Assembly (NCBI RefSeq): GCF_006345805.1
Contig: NC_043005.1
Coordinates: 52,452,001 to 52,516,000 of the forward strand
DNA: 64,000 nt
Reading direction: 5' to 3'
DNA from: Octopus sinensis
Lineage: Eukaryota
A model generated the notes under the pieces. It was not told where the DNA came from. It did no database searches and saw nothing but the letters and a program-made list of their open reading frames with translations. Numbering within the stretch: the first letter of the stretch is position 1; each line of letters opens with the position of its first letter. The translations under genes and the position numbers were made by a program. Shown here one piece after another: positions 39,751 to 52,635 of the stretch.

Positions 39751-40503
39751 TAAAACAAACAACCCCGTAAAAGTTGCACTAATTTAAAAGTCTATGTTTC
39801 GACCAGATCTTCTTCTCTTCGTATATATTTAAAAATTTAATAGGATGAATATATAATACGACACATAGCTAGAATTGATGTAAGTCGTCTCGAGACAAAA
39901 CAAAACTATACACATACATATGCATACATATCTATATAAAACGACGTGCATACACATATGTATATATATATATATATATATATACATGACAAAGTGGCAA
40001 ACAACAAAATATCGAAAACAAACAGGAATTAAAAGAAAGTAAAAATATAACAGAAAAATAAATTAAAATAAATTAAATATATTCTGAAATGAAAGAGAAC
40101 AATAACGAACAAATAACAAAGAAAAAAAAGCACATGAATGTGGTAGAGACAGAAGAAAATCAACGTTGTTAATAACAACGTAGAAATGCCGATGATGTCT
40201 TTCATAGATAAAGTATCAATTTTTGTAGTTCAGAATGCTGCATTTACTTGGTTTATCACTGGTACTTTAAAATGGCGGTTGCAAGGAAAGAAAAGATAAA
40301 GGTGGCGATCGTTTATGCATGCAATTAGGTCAAGTCCACCGCAGACGCGTATTTGGGAGGACAGGTTGATGATTGTGCTTCCCAGTCATTAGATAAACCT
40401 ATGGAGTTGTCTAGCTCAAACTATACACTGCTAATTGTATACAGGTATACCATGAATTTTGATAGATATGAAATTGACCATTTTAATGATATATATATAT
40501 ATA

Positions 40504-40677
40504 GGGAGAATTCACGAAAAAACAAAAGTTGAAGACAGGTAGTGTAGACAACATACAGATGTATTTGTATAACGTTCGGCAATTGAAATGTCTTTAACGT
40601 TTCGAGCCTACACTCTTTCACAGAAAGGAACAAAGAAAGAAACAAGGAGAGAACATGTAGTGGCTAGCGATCTATCA
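40504..40677 (-). mobile_element. Penelope-like terminal element, copy 2 (HHR-like motif at 40592-40627)
   Basis: Reverse strand CTTT CTGTGAA A GAGT GTAG GCTC GAAA CG TT AAAG. (TA)n at the 3' end. Confidence 0.65.
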
Positions 40678-42036
40678 CACGTTTATGAATTTGTTTTGCA
40701 AGATTCCTGATATGAAATCGTGTGCTGAAGCAGAAATTCATATATTTCATTTTTTCGTTGCCAAAATGTTTTTTTTCTTGCCCGAATTTGCGAACAATTT
40801 CTCCAATAATTTCAGATTAACTGGTTAGATAAGAAGATATATTGTACACGAGTTCCAAAAACAGCATATCACATAGCCGCTTAATACGCATGATCAAAAT
40901 GCTGCTTTTATGTAATATAGACCTTGTCCAACAAAAGGTGCAACAACACATCGCATAATTTTGTTCTTAATGTTTATATCCTAAAGTGAACATGTTTTCT
41001 GCTGGTTACAATTTGTTACAAGTTGAATATAGAAATATTTAAAAGAGCAACGTCATTTTGGTCTAAATTGGAAAAATAAATTCATACGAATTTTCATCAT
41101 TACTTAACTTATTTAAACCCTTCCCACCCCACGAAGCGTCAATGATTTTTCTCCCCAGTATTTGACTATCGTCTTTTCTGCATCGCTCTAGTTGAACCCT
41201 GCTTTTTATCTCTGCCTTATTATCCTGCCTCCAGGGTTTTTTTAAAATTTCCGTCCTCTCTTCCACCTCCCTTCTGAATTTCAGTTCAGAGCCTGAGGAA
41301 AGAACTTTCTCCCCTGGCCCTTGTTGGTTTTAAATTGTCATTAATGGTTCTGCAATTTTCATTTATTCTACGTAAGGCATTTGACCCTGTGCAAACCCAT
41401 TTTTCCTCTAAGAAAAGGCTGTCTCTATCCGGCTTGCCATTGACCTTTCATCGACTCGGAATGGAGGTCCTGCGTGGAGGCACCCAAGCCTTCACAAGAA
41501 AGAATAGACATTGTCGTGGTTTCATCATCACTTCCACTACCAGAAATCACTAACACTTACAATAATTTCCAATATTGACACAGGGTAGATATTATGAAAG
41601 AAATATGTAATCATTCGAGATCATTTATCATTGCACTCCTTTAGGAGTTATTTTACCAGCTCCTTTGTGATGAATGGCAAACTCGACATAATTTGAACTG
41701 TGAACGTACAGGAATGGGACTACACACAGGATTGGTTTTTAAGAGAGAATCTAAATAGCATTGGAAACTAGGCTCTTTTCAATCTCATTACAAGCGCTCA
41801 CCACTATTATTGGTATAATGATAATACAAAAATTGCGACGATGTTGATGACGACAACAATAACCATGACAACGATAACGACGGCTTTGGTAGTGATGTTG
41901 ATAGGGATGATAATGATGACGACGACGACGATAATGAACTTTATATCAATACGATAATGCCGTGAAAAAATGTATATAGATATTATGAGTGTGAGACGTT
42001 TTCTTAGTATAGTTGCGTTTGTTTATACTTACATGG

Positions 42037-42068
<32 letters not shown>

Positions 42069-42699
42069 GGGTGAGTATGCGTTTATATGTGTCTGTGCGT
42101 GTATGCCAGCGCACGTGCGCGTAAAACCGTGAGATAGATTGTACATCTAATTCAAAACTTGATTCCACGTGAGATTTACGTGTCAGTAGAATTCTCAGTC
42201 TGCTATACGCTAATTCAATAAGAAGGTAGTGGAGGTTCACAAAAACTGAACAGAAATCGTTGAAACTAGAATAGTCTTCATTTCCAGCTTTGTGCAAATG
42301 GTTCTCAAATCACGAGTCTGTGAGTGGCTCAGTTTTCACTATGTAAAGAAGATTAAGAGAGGCATATCTAACTAAGATGTCAGTATTTCTGCAATTAACA
42401 TCCTAAAATAATATGGGATACACTAAAATTTTTAAGTGATTAACTACAGCTTTTCTATAGAATTCAGAGCCAACATTGTAAGGTACAAAGTTTCGTATAC
42501 GGATACGTCTATCCAAGATTCAAAATGGGTGTATATGCATATTTCAAGAGTTATTGCTCTATCATCAACACCACATCCAACCCCTTAACAATTATAAATT
42601 AAAGTGTTCACAATGCTTTAAACAATCTCTCAATTCTCACTCACACAACACACACACACACACACACACACCACACACACACACACACACAACTGACAT

Positions 42700-43010
42700 C
42701 CATCTGTTATGACGACGAAGGTTCTAGTTAATCCGATCAACGGAACAGCCCGTTCGTGAAATTAACGAGCAAGTGGCTGACCACTCCACAGATACGTGCA
42801 CCCTTAATGTGGTTCTCAGAGAGATTCAGTGTGACACAGAAAGTGAGAAGGCTGGCTCTTTGAAATACAACAAGTACTAGTCTTTTTTTGCCAGCTGAGT
42901 AGACTGGAGAAATGAGAAATAAAGTGTTTTGCTCTAGGACACAATGCGCCACTGAAAATCGAACTCATCACCTTACGAGCATTAGCCGAACACAATATAC
43001 ACTCAACCAC
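42700..43010 (-). mobile_element. SINE family C
   Basis: Collinear with 27612-27942. Confidence 0.85.
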
Positions 43011-43349
43011 ACAGATATACAGGTCAAGAGATACATAAATGTATACACGAAGACAAGCCTACAGACAATCACACCCACACTAACTCAAATATTCGCAGAG
43101 GATAAACAAACAAGGACGTAAATAAAGGCAAAACTAACAAAAATATACAAAGGAAACGGCATTGCTCTCCTTTATATAGTATTTAATGTAGCATAAACAT
43201 TGTTTGTGAATCTTTTGTAGCTGTTAATCTGAACATAAAGAAACATTACACAATGAAACTCTACCTGAAAAGTCAACATTCAACTTGCCACAATAGTAGC
43301 TTGTCTTGATCAAGCTATCAGCATTTGATGAAACCACGTGCCAGTTTCA

Positions 43350-43550
43350 TTGCTACCGCCCACCAACACCAACGCCACCACCAACAACAGCAACAGCATC
43401 ATCATCTTCATCATCATCAACATCGTCATCATCATCGTCATTACCGTCGTCGTCGACATCATCGTCATAATTATCATCATCATCACCATCATCCCCATCG
43501 TCATCATCATCATCATCATCACCACCATCATCCCCATCGTCATCATCAGT
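43350..43550. repeat. (CAT)n/(CGT)n tract
   Basis: Directly visible. Source of the poly-H/poly-I ORFs. Confidence 0.9.
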
Positions 43551-43559
43551 GACGTTAAT

Positions 43560-43725
43560 AAGCGCAAGTGTGGCCGAATGTTAAGAAATTTGTTTCCCAG
43601 CGACGTGGTTCTGTGTTCAGTTCCTCTGCGTGACGTCTTGGGCTAGTGTCTTCTGCTATAGCACCGGGCCGACCAAAGCGTTCGGAACGGATTTAGTAAA
43701 GGAAAACTGAAAGAAGACCATCGTA
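43560..43725 (+). mobile_element. SINE family A 5' half
   Basis: GTCTTCTGCTATAGCACCGGGCCGACCAAAGC...AACTGAAAGAAGACCATCGTA. Confidence 0.75.
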
Positions 43726-43739
43726 CGTTTCTTTCTTTC

Positions 43740-43885
43740 TCCTATTTATTTCCTCGTATTCCTTTCTGTTGAAGAGCGTAGGCTCGAAACATAAAAGACT
43801 TTCTCACTTTCCCGAGCGTCAAACTAAAACACCTAGTTGTGGTTCATATACCTGTCTTCGGCTCTTGTTTCTTGTAAATTTCAAC
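43740..43885 (+). mobile_element. Penelope-like terminal element, copy 3 (HHR-like motif at 43762-43797)
   Basis: CTTT CTGTTGA A GAGC GTAG GCTC GAAA CA TA AAAG, followed by (TA)n at 43886. Confidence 0.65.
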
Positions 43886-43899
43886 TATATATATATATA

Positions 43900-44102
43900 C
43901 CAACACCGTGACCGACCAGGCTATCAGTTATTGCTACACATCGCTGGTCACAATGCGCTTTGCATTGTTATAGCCTTCAAATGACACCACCCCGCTGGTT
44001 AAGCGAGCAGGCCTACAGAAGATAGTGTGAGAGAAAGTTGTGGCGAAAGAGTACAGCAGGGAGCGCCACCACTCCCCGCCGGAGCCTCGTGGAGCTTTAG
44101 GT
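43900..44102 (-). mobile_element. SINE family D fragment
   Basis: 44010-44102 is the reverse complement of 45560-45640 (AGCTCCACGA...CTGTACT..TT.ACCACAACTTTCTC). Confidence 0.6.
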
Positions 44103-44205
44103 AAAATTTTGTTTATTTTAGTAGTTTTGACCGCATTGGTCCCTCTTTAGCGTGTAGTATCTACGAATAGTAGTACCCTCAATATAATATATATATATAT
44201 ATATA

Positions 44206-44420
44206 CTTAATACAAACAAGAAAACACAAAAAACACAACAACGCGAGGACGTGGAACAAATATAGTATTATTGGACGCTCAGGAAGGAAGGTAAGAAGGA
44301 GGGTTTAACGTTTCGAGCGGAGCTCTTCGTCGGAAACATAGGAGAAGGAAAGATCCCGAGAAGGGAAGACAGAGGAAAAAAATCGCCAACGGTACACACG
44401 AGGTCACATTTTGAAAGGAT
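44206..44420 (-). mobile_element. Sister Penelope-like terminal element (HHR-like motif at 44303-44337)
   Basis: Reverse strand GTTT CCGACGA A GAGC TCC GCTC GAAA CG TT AAAC. TA-rich microsatellites on both sides. Confidence 0.65.
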
Positions 44421-44537
44421 ATATGTATATATATATATATGCATACATACATATATATATATATGCATACATACATATATGTATATATACACATACATAC
44501 ATATACATATAGAAATACATATGCACATAATTGATAC

Positions 44538-44606
44538 GGGAAATTGAAAATGGATTTGGTACGAAACTTTAACAAAGATTCGTACCAAATCCATTTTCCG
44601 TTTCCC
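44538..44606. other. 69-nt near-perfect hairpin
   Basis: Perfect 20-bp arms 44546-44565 / 44579-44598, extended by GGGAAA/TTTCCC outside and CTTT/AAAG inside. Confidence 0.9.
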
Positions 44607-44775
44607 TTATCCATTATAAACCAAACGAATACTGTGGAATTCTGACGGAGATTCAGTGAAAATTATAACGTAACGTAATTGTAGATGACATCAGGTAGTA
44701 GAAAAAAGGTGAAAGTGCTTTAATTGGTAAACTAATAGACATATACCCAAAGATGAAATAGGTACATACATAGGC

Positions 44776-44814
<39 letters not shown>

Positions 44815-45204
44815 TAATATATATATATATATATATATTATTTATTATTTATTTATAAATGAAACTAACTTGGAAAAGGATGTCTGGCGTTCGATCATAT
44901 AATAGTATAAATAATATATAAATATATGCATATATACATACATATACATGTACAAACGTGGGGTAGATGAAACAGGGACAACTGATGAAGAGGTATATTC
45001 TTAATGTTGTATGTCTCGTTTCTGTTTTTTTTTTTCGTTCGAAAAAATTTCGTTTTCTATGTTTTTGTTTTTAGGTTTTCGTTTCTGATTGTGTTCAAAG
45101 TTCTTTTGATGTCCTACATATGCTTGTATATATACATATATATGTAGGTATGACATATATGTATATATCCATATATTAAATATTATTTATATTGTGTATA
45201 TATA

Positions 45205-45252
<48 letters not shown>

Positions 45253-45464
45253 CATATGTATATATATATGTGTGAGCAGGTGTCTTCATGGTTGCGTTTG
45301 TGAACCGTCAGGGCTTGATAATAAATACTGGGGTCGATTTCCTCGATCAAACACTTCTAGACGGTGCCTTAGTATGACCATGGTCCAATGACTAAAACAA
45401 GCAAAAGATTGAAGATAAAAAGTAGAAAATAAGGAGGGCCAGCAGAACAACAGCAACAAGAGTG

Positions 45465-45650
45465 GAGGCACAATGGCCCAGTGGTAGGGCAGCGGACTCG
45501 CGGTCGTAAGAACGCGGTTTCGATTCCCGGTCCGGGCAGTGAGTGTTTATTGAGCAAAACACCTTAGCTCCACGAATCTCCGGCGGAGGGTGGTGGTGAA
45601 CTTCGCTGTACTTTTTCACCACAACTTTCTCACACTCTTTCTTCTTACTT
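45465..45650 (+). mobile_element. SINE family D 5' part
   Basis: A box TGGCCCAGTGGT, B box GGTTTCGATTCCC, followed by the family-D body. Confidence 0.75.
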
Positions 45651-45919
45651 CTGCCACAAACCAGAGGAACCATGGTGTGGTAAACTTTCAGACCCTAGTC
45701 TAGATTGCGAATCCTCTGTACCCCAGGATGGTTCAGCCCTCCACCCGTTAAAAGCCACTGTTTATGGAATGAGGATAACAATGTAGCTTTCGCGCCCGTG
45801 CAGCCGCCAGTCTATCCCGTATGGTGGGTGGATCTTCAAGTTGCCACACGCATTCTTAGTAGCTTAGAGTAGGCTCGAATTAGACATTATTCTTTGTGGC
45901 TAATGGCGCGAGTCCTGAT

Positions 45920-46070
45920 TGGAAGAAGAAGAAGAAGAAGAAGAAGCAAAGAAGAAGAAGAAAAGAAGAGAAGAAGCAGAAGAAGAAGAGCAAGAAGAAA
46001 AGAAGAAGAAGAAGAAGAAGAAGAAGAAAGAAAAGAAGACAGCAACAAGAAGACCAAAATAATAATGCAT
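45920..46070. repeat. (GAA)n purine tract
   Basis: Directly visible. Confidence 0.92.
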
Positions 46071-46594
46071 ACACTAAACTTTTGAATGTGTGATAATCAT
46101 ATTTGCCAAAACATTCAAAGAATTACAGAAAGGGTGCAAAAATTAAACCAGGTCGACCCCTCCAACTAGCATGTAAACCTAAATTAGTCGTTAGGTGTGA
46201 TTGGATGACGGTTCACGCGAAAAGAGTGAAGTCAACGGGGTTGATTTTAATTAGCTGTTTTATTGGGGAGTTTTAAATGGTGTAATATAATGAGTTCAGT
46301 CAGACAAGCGACGAAAAATGTTTATTTATTGGTCTGGTCCAGATTTTATTTAACTGTAAATACGCTGTGCATGCAAAAGTATTTCGCAAACATAGCTACA
46401 AACACACACATATATGTTTGCTAACACACACACACACACACAAGCAAAGACCAACACACACACACAAACATACACTCATACGTGTGTGTGCGTGTTTGTG
46501 TGTTATGTGTGTGTGTATAAATATATATTTGTATATGTATTATGTATTATATATATATATATATATATATCAATATGTAGATACATATATATAC

Positions 46595-46654
<60 letters not shown>

Positions 46655-47329
46655 ACACACACACATATATAATATAATATATATATGTATACATGGATTG
46701 CGTGTGTATGTGTGTATGTATGTAGGTTTGTATGTATGTGTATATGTATGTGTATACGTGTGTATATATGAATGCAACGAACACATACATAGTAGCTGAT
46801 TGGAATAATCAGCTAGAATTAACAACCATTTACAATTTTGGAGTAGTTTGAACCATTTCGATTACATGATCACAATTTGTTTTGTTTAGTGTTTTTCAAT
46901 TTAATCTGTCAAGATAATTGAGGTTCTTCAATGTCTACTAAGAAGAAAAAAACAACAACAACAATAATAATAATAGTGAAAAAAATAAAACAACAACAAA
47001 ATTTTAAATAAACATATAAATAAATAGATGAGTAGATAAATAAATAAATAGATAAATAGATAAACCACCTCCCACTTAGAAAAAAGAAGAAAAACGTCGA
47101 TCATTCTTTAGGTTTGGTTACATTTGTTTATTTGTCTCCACTTCCCTCTCTCTCTCTCTCACTCTCTTTCATTCACTCACTCACTCACTCACACAGTCAC
47201 CAACTCTCTCTCCCCCCCTTTTCCTGCTTCTGCATCGATTTAAAGAATTGTTGAAAAATAAAACATCCAAAGTATGAAAACAACAAGCAAATCAACGATC
47301 AATGTAATTGAATCGTGCACGCATACACA

Positions 47330-47406
<77 letters not shown>

Positions 47407-47541
47407 GTGTATGAATATATATATGTATATATATATATTCATGTATATATATGTATATACTATATAATATATATATGTATATTAGATGTAGTGTATGTAT
47501 ATTAGAGACATATGTATGTAGATATATATATATCTATATAG

Positions 47542-47576
<35 letters not shown>

Positions 47577-47720
47577 ATTATATATGCATATCTATCTATC
47601 ACGCTATCTATCATCTATCTATCCATCTATCTCTCTTCTTCTCTCTCTCTCTCTATATATATATTTATATATATATATTATATATAAATATATATATATA
47701 TATATATCTTTCTCTCTGTC

Positions 47721-47756
<36 letters not shown>

Positions 47757-47757
<1 letters not shown>

Positions 47758-47988
47758 TCTTTACTCTTTACTCTTTACTTGTTTCAGTCATTGACTGCGG
47801 CCATGCTGGAGCACCGCCTTTAGTCGAGCAAATCGACCCGGGACTTATTCGTTGTAAGCCCAGTACTTATTCCATCGGTCTCTTTTGCCGAACGCTAATG
47901 ACGGGGACGTAAACCACCAGCATTGGTTGTCAAGCAATGCTAGGGGGACAAACACGGACACACAAACACACACACCACACAACACATA

Positions 47989-48023
<35 letters not shown>

Positions 48024-48187
48024 CGACAGGCTTCTTTCAGTTTCCGTCTACCAAATCCACTCACAAGGCATTGGTCGGCCCGGGGCTATAACGGAAGACA
48101 CTTGCCCAAGATGCCACTCAGTGGTACTGAACCCGGAACCATGTGGTTGGTTAGCAAGCTACTTACCACACAGCCACTCCTGCGCCT
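47757..48187 (-). mobile_element. Full-length SINE family A
   Basis: Collinear with 3845-4263. Confidence 0.92.
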
Positions 48188-48432
48188 ATATATCTTTGTG
48201 TGTTTGCCTCTGTTTCTCCATCACCACTTGACAACCGGTGTCGATTATTTCTTTCTCTGTAGATTTGCAGTTCGGAAAAATAGAAATACCGTTTGCAGAA
48301 AATTCTTACAGGTGTCGATTCGTTCACCCGAGACCCTTGAAAGCGGCACCCCAGCATGGCTGAAATGCAATGACAAACAAATAACGGATAAAACATAATG
48401 CATATCCTATACATAGATACATAATGCTTGAG

Positions 48433-48500
<68 letters not shown>

Positions 48501-48785
48501 CCTATCTATCTCTCTATCTGTCTGTCTGTCTGCCTGTCTATCTGTCAACATACATATGTATATTCTTTTTTAGTTGTTTCAGTCATTTTGTCTGTAGCCT
48601 TGGTGTAGCACTCCCATTTAATCGAAAAAATCGACCCCTGAACTTGCTGTTTGTTAGGTTGGTACCTATTTTATCGAGCCCATGTTGCCGAACCGCTTTG
48701 ATATGGGAAAGTAAATACACCAACATTGGTTGTTAAACGACGGTGGTGGGACAAACACAGATACAAAAATACAAATATATATATA

Positions 48786-48996
48786 GGGAGAGTTTACGGA
48801 AAAAAAACAAAAGACGAAGACAGGTGGTGTACAAAACAAACAGATGTATTAGTATAACGTTCAGGAATAGAAAAAAAGTGTTTTACGTTTCGAGCCTACG
48901 CTCTTCTACAGAAAGGGACACAGAAAAAAAAAACAAGAAGAGAAACAAGGAGAGAGAAAAAAATGTCTGTAGTGGCTAACGATCTATCATCGCGTC
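48786..48996 (-). mobile_element. Penelope-like terminal element, copy 4 (HHR-like motif at 48881-48915)
   Basis: Reverse strand CTTT CTGTAGA A GAGC GTAG GCTC GAAA CG TA AAA. Abuts the (TA)n of a SINE-A tail at 48560-48775. Confidence 0.65.
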
Positions 48997-49254
48997 CTGC
49001 AACCTTTTCAATAGTTTTGACTCTGTCCGTTATTCACACTGCATTCCTTTTTGTTTGTTTGTGCGCATGTGTAGGGGTTAATGTGTGTGTGTGCCTACAC
49101 ATGCATGTATATATGTATGCATGTGTGTATGCTTGTATGTATGCTGCATATTCATGTGATTTAGTGTCTGTGTTTGTGCTTTATGTATGTTTGTGTATGT
49201 GTGTGTGTGTGTGTGCATATATATATATGCATACAGACACACATTTATATATAG

Positions 49255-49415
49255 GTGCAGGCACGGGTGTGTGATAAGCTTGCTTCTCAACTATATAATT
49301 CTGGTTTCAGTGCCACTGTTTGACACCTTAGGCAGGTGTATTCTACTATAGCTTCGGGTTGTCCAAAACCTTGTGAGTGGATTCGGTTGACAGAAACTGA
49401 ATGAAGTCCGTCGTA
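49255..49415 (+). mobile_element. SINE family A 5' half (diverged)
   Basis: GACACCTTAGGCAGGTGTATTCTACTATAG...CCTTGTGAGTGGAT...GAAACTGAA. Confidence 0.75.
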
Positions 49416-49417
49416 TA

Positions 49418-49484
<67 letters not shown>

Positions 49485-49769
49485 TTATATATGTGTGTGT
49501 TGTGTCATGTATATGTATATGTGTGTGTATGTATATATATATTATATTATATATACTATGTGTGTGTGTGTGTGTGTATGTATATATAATATATATATAT
49601 ACACATAGAAAGACACACACACATATGTATGGTTGGGTTGCATGCCTTGCATCCTTACTTTGTAAAAAACCACCTGCCAATGAAGATTAGGAAGGGTTAT
49701 TTATTTATGAGTGTTATAATTCCACATAAATATTTTCGGTGTTTATGCCTTCTTCTGATTTCTAGTTAA

Positions 49770-50076
49770 AAGAGTAAAGATCCCCTTACGTCATGAGTAA
49801 CTATGGGCACAAGTCCGAGCAAGGTTCTTTATGGAAGGCCAGAAGTCGCCCATGCATACCAGTCTCTCCTCTCCACACCACTGTTGTTATCTAAGGGAAA
49901 AACAAAAGCCGATACAGCTTGGCACCAGTGACGTCACAACTCATTTCTACAGCTGAGTGAACTGGAGCAACGTGAGATAAAGCGTCATGCTCAAGAACAC
50001 AATACACAGCCCAGTCCGGGAATCGAACTAACAACCTCATGATTAGGAAGGAACCAAACATTCTAACTACTAAGCC
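49770..50076 (-). mobile_element. SINE with a family-C head and a different 3' tail
   Basis: 49930-50076 matches 27800-27930. 49770-49930 is unrelated to the family-C tail. Confidence 0.7.
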
Positions 50077-51184
50077 ATTAGGTGACAGGTACATGTCACC
50101 TAATGGATATGATAATTTTTATAAAGTGTAGCATTGGCATGTAGTATGGTGCATATTTTCAAATACTAAGCAAATAAAGAAAACATTGAGTAACGTAAGT
50201 TATTTCCAGAAAAATAACGAAGTGCTCGCCACAGAAACGAAGTAAAGAGTTGCGAATAATCAGATCAATACGTGTTTTATCCATTTCGAGATATCTTCAA
50301 CATATAAAGCTGCTTCTTCCTCTTTTTTTTTCTTTTTTCTTTCGCTACCAGCCAGTTTCTTCAATAGCTACAAATCTAAACTTGTCGCTACAATTGAAAT
50401 TATAGATTTTTAGTGTTAGACATTATTATATATAGTTACCATATAAATGAAACAATAAAATTATATAGAAACTAAACACCAGCCTATCGATATGTATTCT
50501 CAGTAATACTTATACATGGGGAGAGAGAAATCACTAATAAAAGACAGCAGAATAAAACCATTCATATCAAACATCGAAAACGAAAGAATTTCTCTGCGTC
50601 ATGTTTTATTTTTTATTCTCGAAAATTAAGAGTCATTTCGGCTTCTACCAAAGAAGTTATCTCATAAAATACCAAAAGACAATCCCAGTTTTCATCACAT
50701 GTTATCTTCGCAATTTTACGTCTTAATAGCATGTTATTTCCTCGATGGGTTTGAATAAAAATTTCTGACTGTTCTTATTCCAAGTAATGTTCATGAATCT
50801 TCTAAGAAAAACACATGCCAACAAAATCCCTTTATAGCTGTAGATTTCTCTCTCCTTATTAATAATATCCATCTAAAGGAAATAATATAAGTTATTTTGG
50901 TTGTCCGTAACTCGATTTTCACTTTCTCTCGGGAGATTCTAACCGATTAATGTGACTGTGATTGTTCCCAAGTGTAAGTGTAAAAGTGATTCTAGCCGTG
51001 GCAGAGAATCACTTCAAATACGTTTATCAGATATACTTGTAGCGGGCGGGAGGGGGGGGAGAGAGCGTTGAGAAGAAAAAGCAAACCGTGTTAAGTTGCT
51101 ACTATATAAGAGTTCGTATATATGTGTGTGTGTATACGTGTGTGTGTGTGCGTATGTGTCGGTCTCGGTGTCGGTGTATTTATG

Positions 51185-51221
<37 letters not shown>

Positions 51222-52229
51222 TATAATATAATATATTATATATTATATATATATATGTATATATATATACTGTATTATATATATCTTTAAGTGTGTGTGT
51301 ATGTATATGTCTGTGAATGGTGTTTGCACAGATGTGCTTTGCGTTTCGCGTCTGTGCGTACGTCTCTATGTGGTGTATTTGTGTATGTGCAGTTCTGGGT
51401 CTTTTGCTTGCCTTCTGTGTGCGCATGAATCTTTGCGCTCGAATGCAGGTGACGTTTGTCTGCGCTCTGTTTACACACCACACACATACACAAAAACTCA
51501 ACCACAAGTATAAGACACGCGCGCACACATCTTTATATATATATATTATATATATATATATATATATTCGTATAGATATATATAATATACATATATATAT
51601 ATGTATGTATATATGTATGTAATATATATATATATGTATATATATGTATGTATTTATGTATACGTATATATATATATATAGTTATTTATGGAGACACACA
51701 CACGTCTATGTATTAGTTATACTAACACATACACACATTCACACATATGCACACACATTTCCAAGTCACTGAACAACACTTACCTAGTTCTTCAGCGGAA
51801 CTACTACAAGTTGGTACTGAATTGTGCATATTATCCAAAACTTTCCATTACGGATGTTCTTCGAGTTATCTTTCTTTCCTGTTCTTAGACTACAGATACT
51901 CCAAGAAGAAGTCTTTTTGCCTCTATTGTATATATAATCCCAGTTGACCATGGGTTTTCAATTTGGTGTCTTAACATTTGTGACCCTACAGTAATCGTAG
52001 TTAATTGACAGAAAACTCTCTTCTGGCATAGTCTTTTAAACTCAAGAATGATCGTAGGTCAGAATTAATATTCTCATTTGGATGAGAACAATGATAAGGA
52101 TCCAAGCCTAATTATTCCGCCATCTTTAAAAGTTCATAGTGTAAAATTTCATAGTGTACACATTACTTATCAATGTCTACAAGATATGTGACTGTAGCAG
52201 ATATATTCAATGTGGGAAAATAACTTGCT

Positions 52230-52344
52230 TCCCAGCTGCACAGTAGCTATAGTAGGAGGCATTTGCCCAAGGTGCCACGCGGTGAGACTGAACCCGGAAC
52301 CATGTGGTTGGGAAGCAAACTTCTTACCACACAGCCACTCCTGC
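52230..52344 (-). mobile_element. SINE family A head fragment
   Basis: TTGCCCAAGGTGCCACGC...GAACCCGGAACCATGTGG...CAGCCACTCCTGC. Confidence 0.85.
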
Positions 52345-52635
52345 AAACAGACACACACACACATACGTATATATAATGCATTGTTCTGTTATTGTGCTCA
52401 ACCTCATTTACTCTATTCGTTCAGTGGTAAGTATTCATTCATGCACACGGGATATAATTTCGGGCTACGATTAGTGTCATTCGTGTCCGACCATCATATT
52501 TTCACAGCATGAAACTTTGAGTAGCTCGAATCTAAACTTTGCTCTATTAAATGGCATATATGTAACATAGTTAATGCATATTCATCAGTAACAAGTCAAT
52601 TATTGCGGTTTTCATCAGTGGTAATATCTCCCATG

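Noticed and set aside
44975-45030. CTGATGAAGAGG...TCTT resembling a PLE hammerhead start
   Set aside because: No GAAA follows the hairpin, so the core is incomplete.
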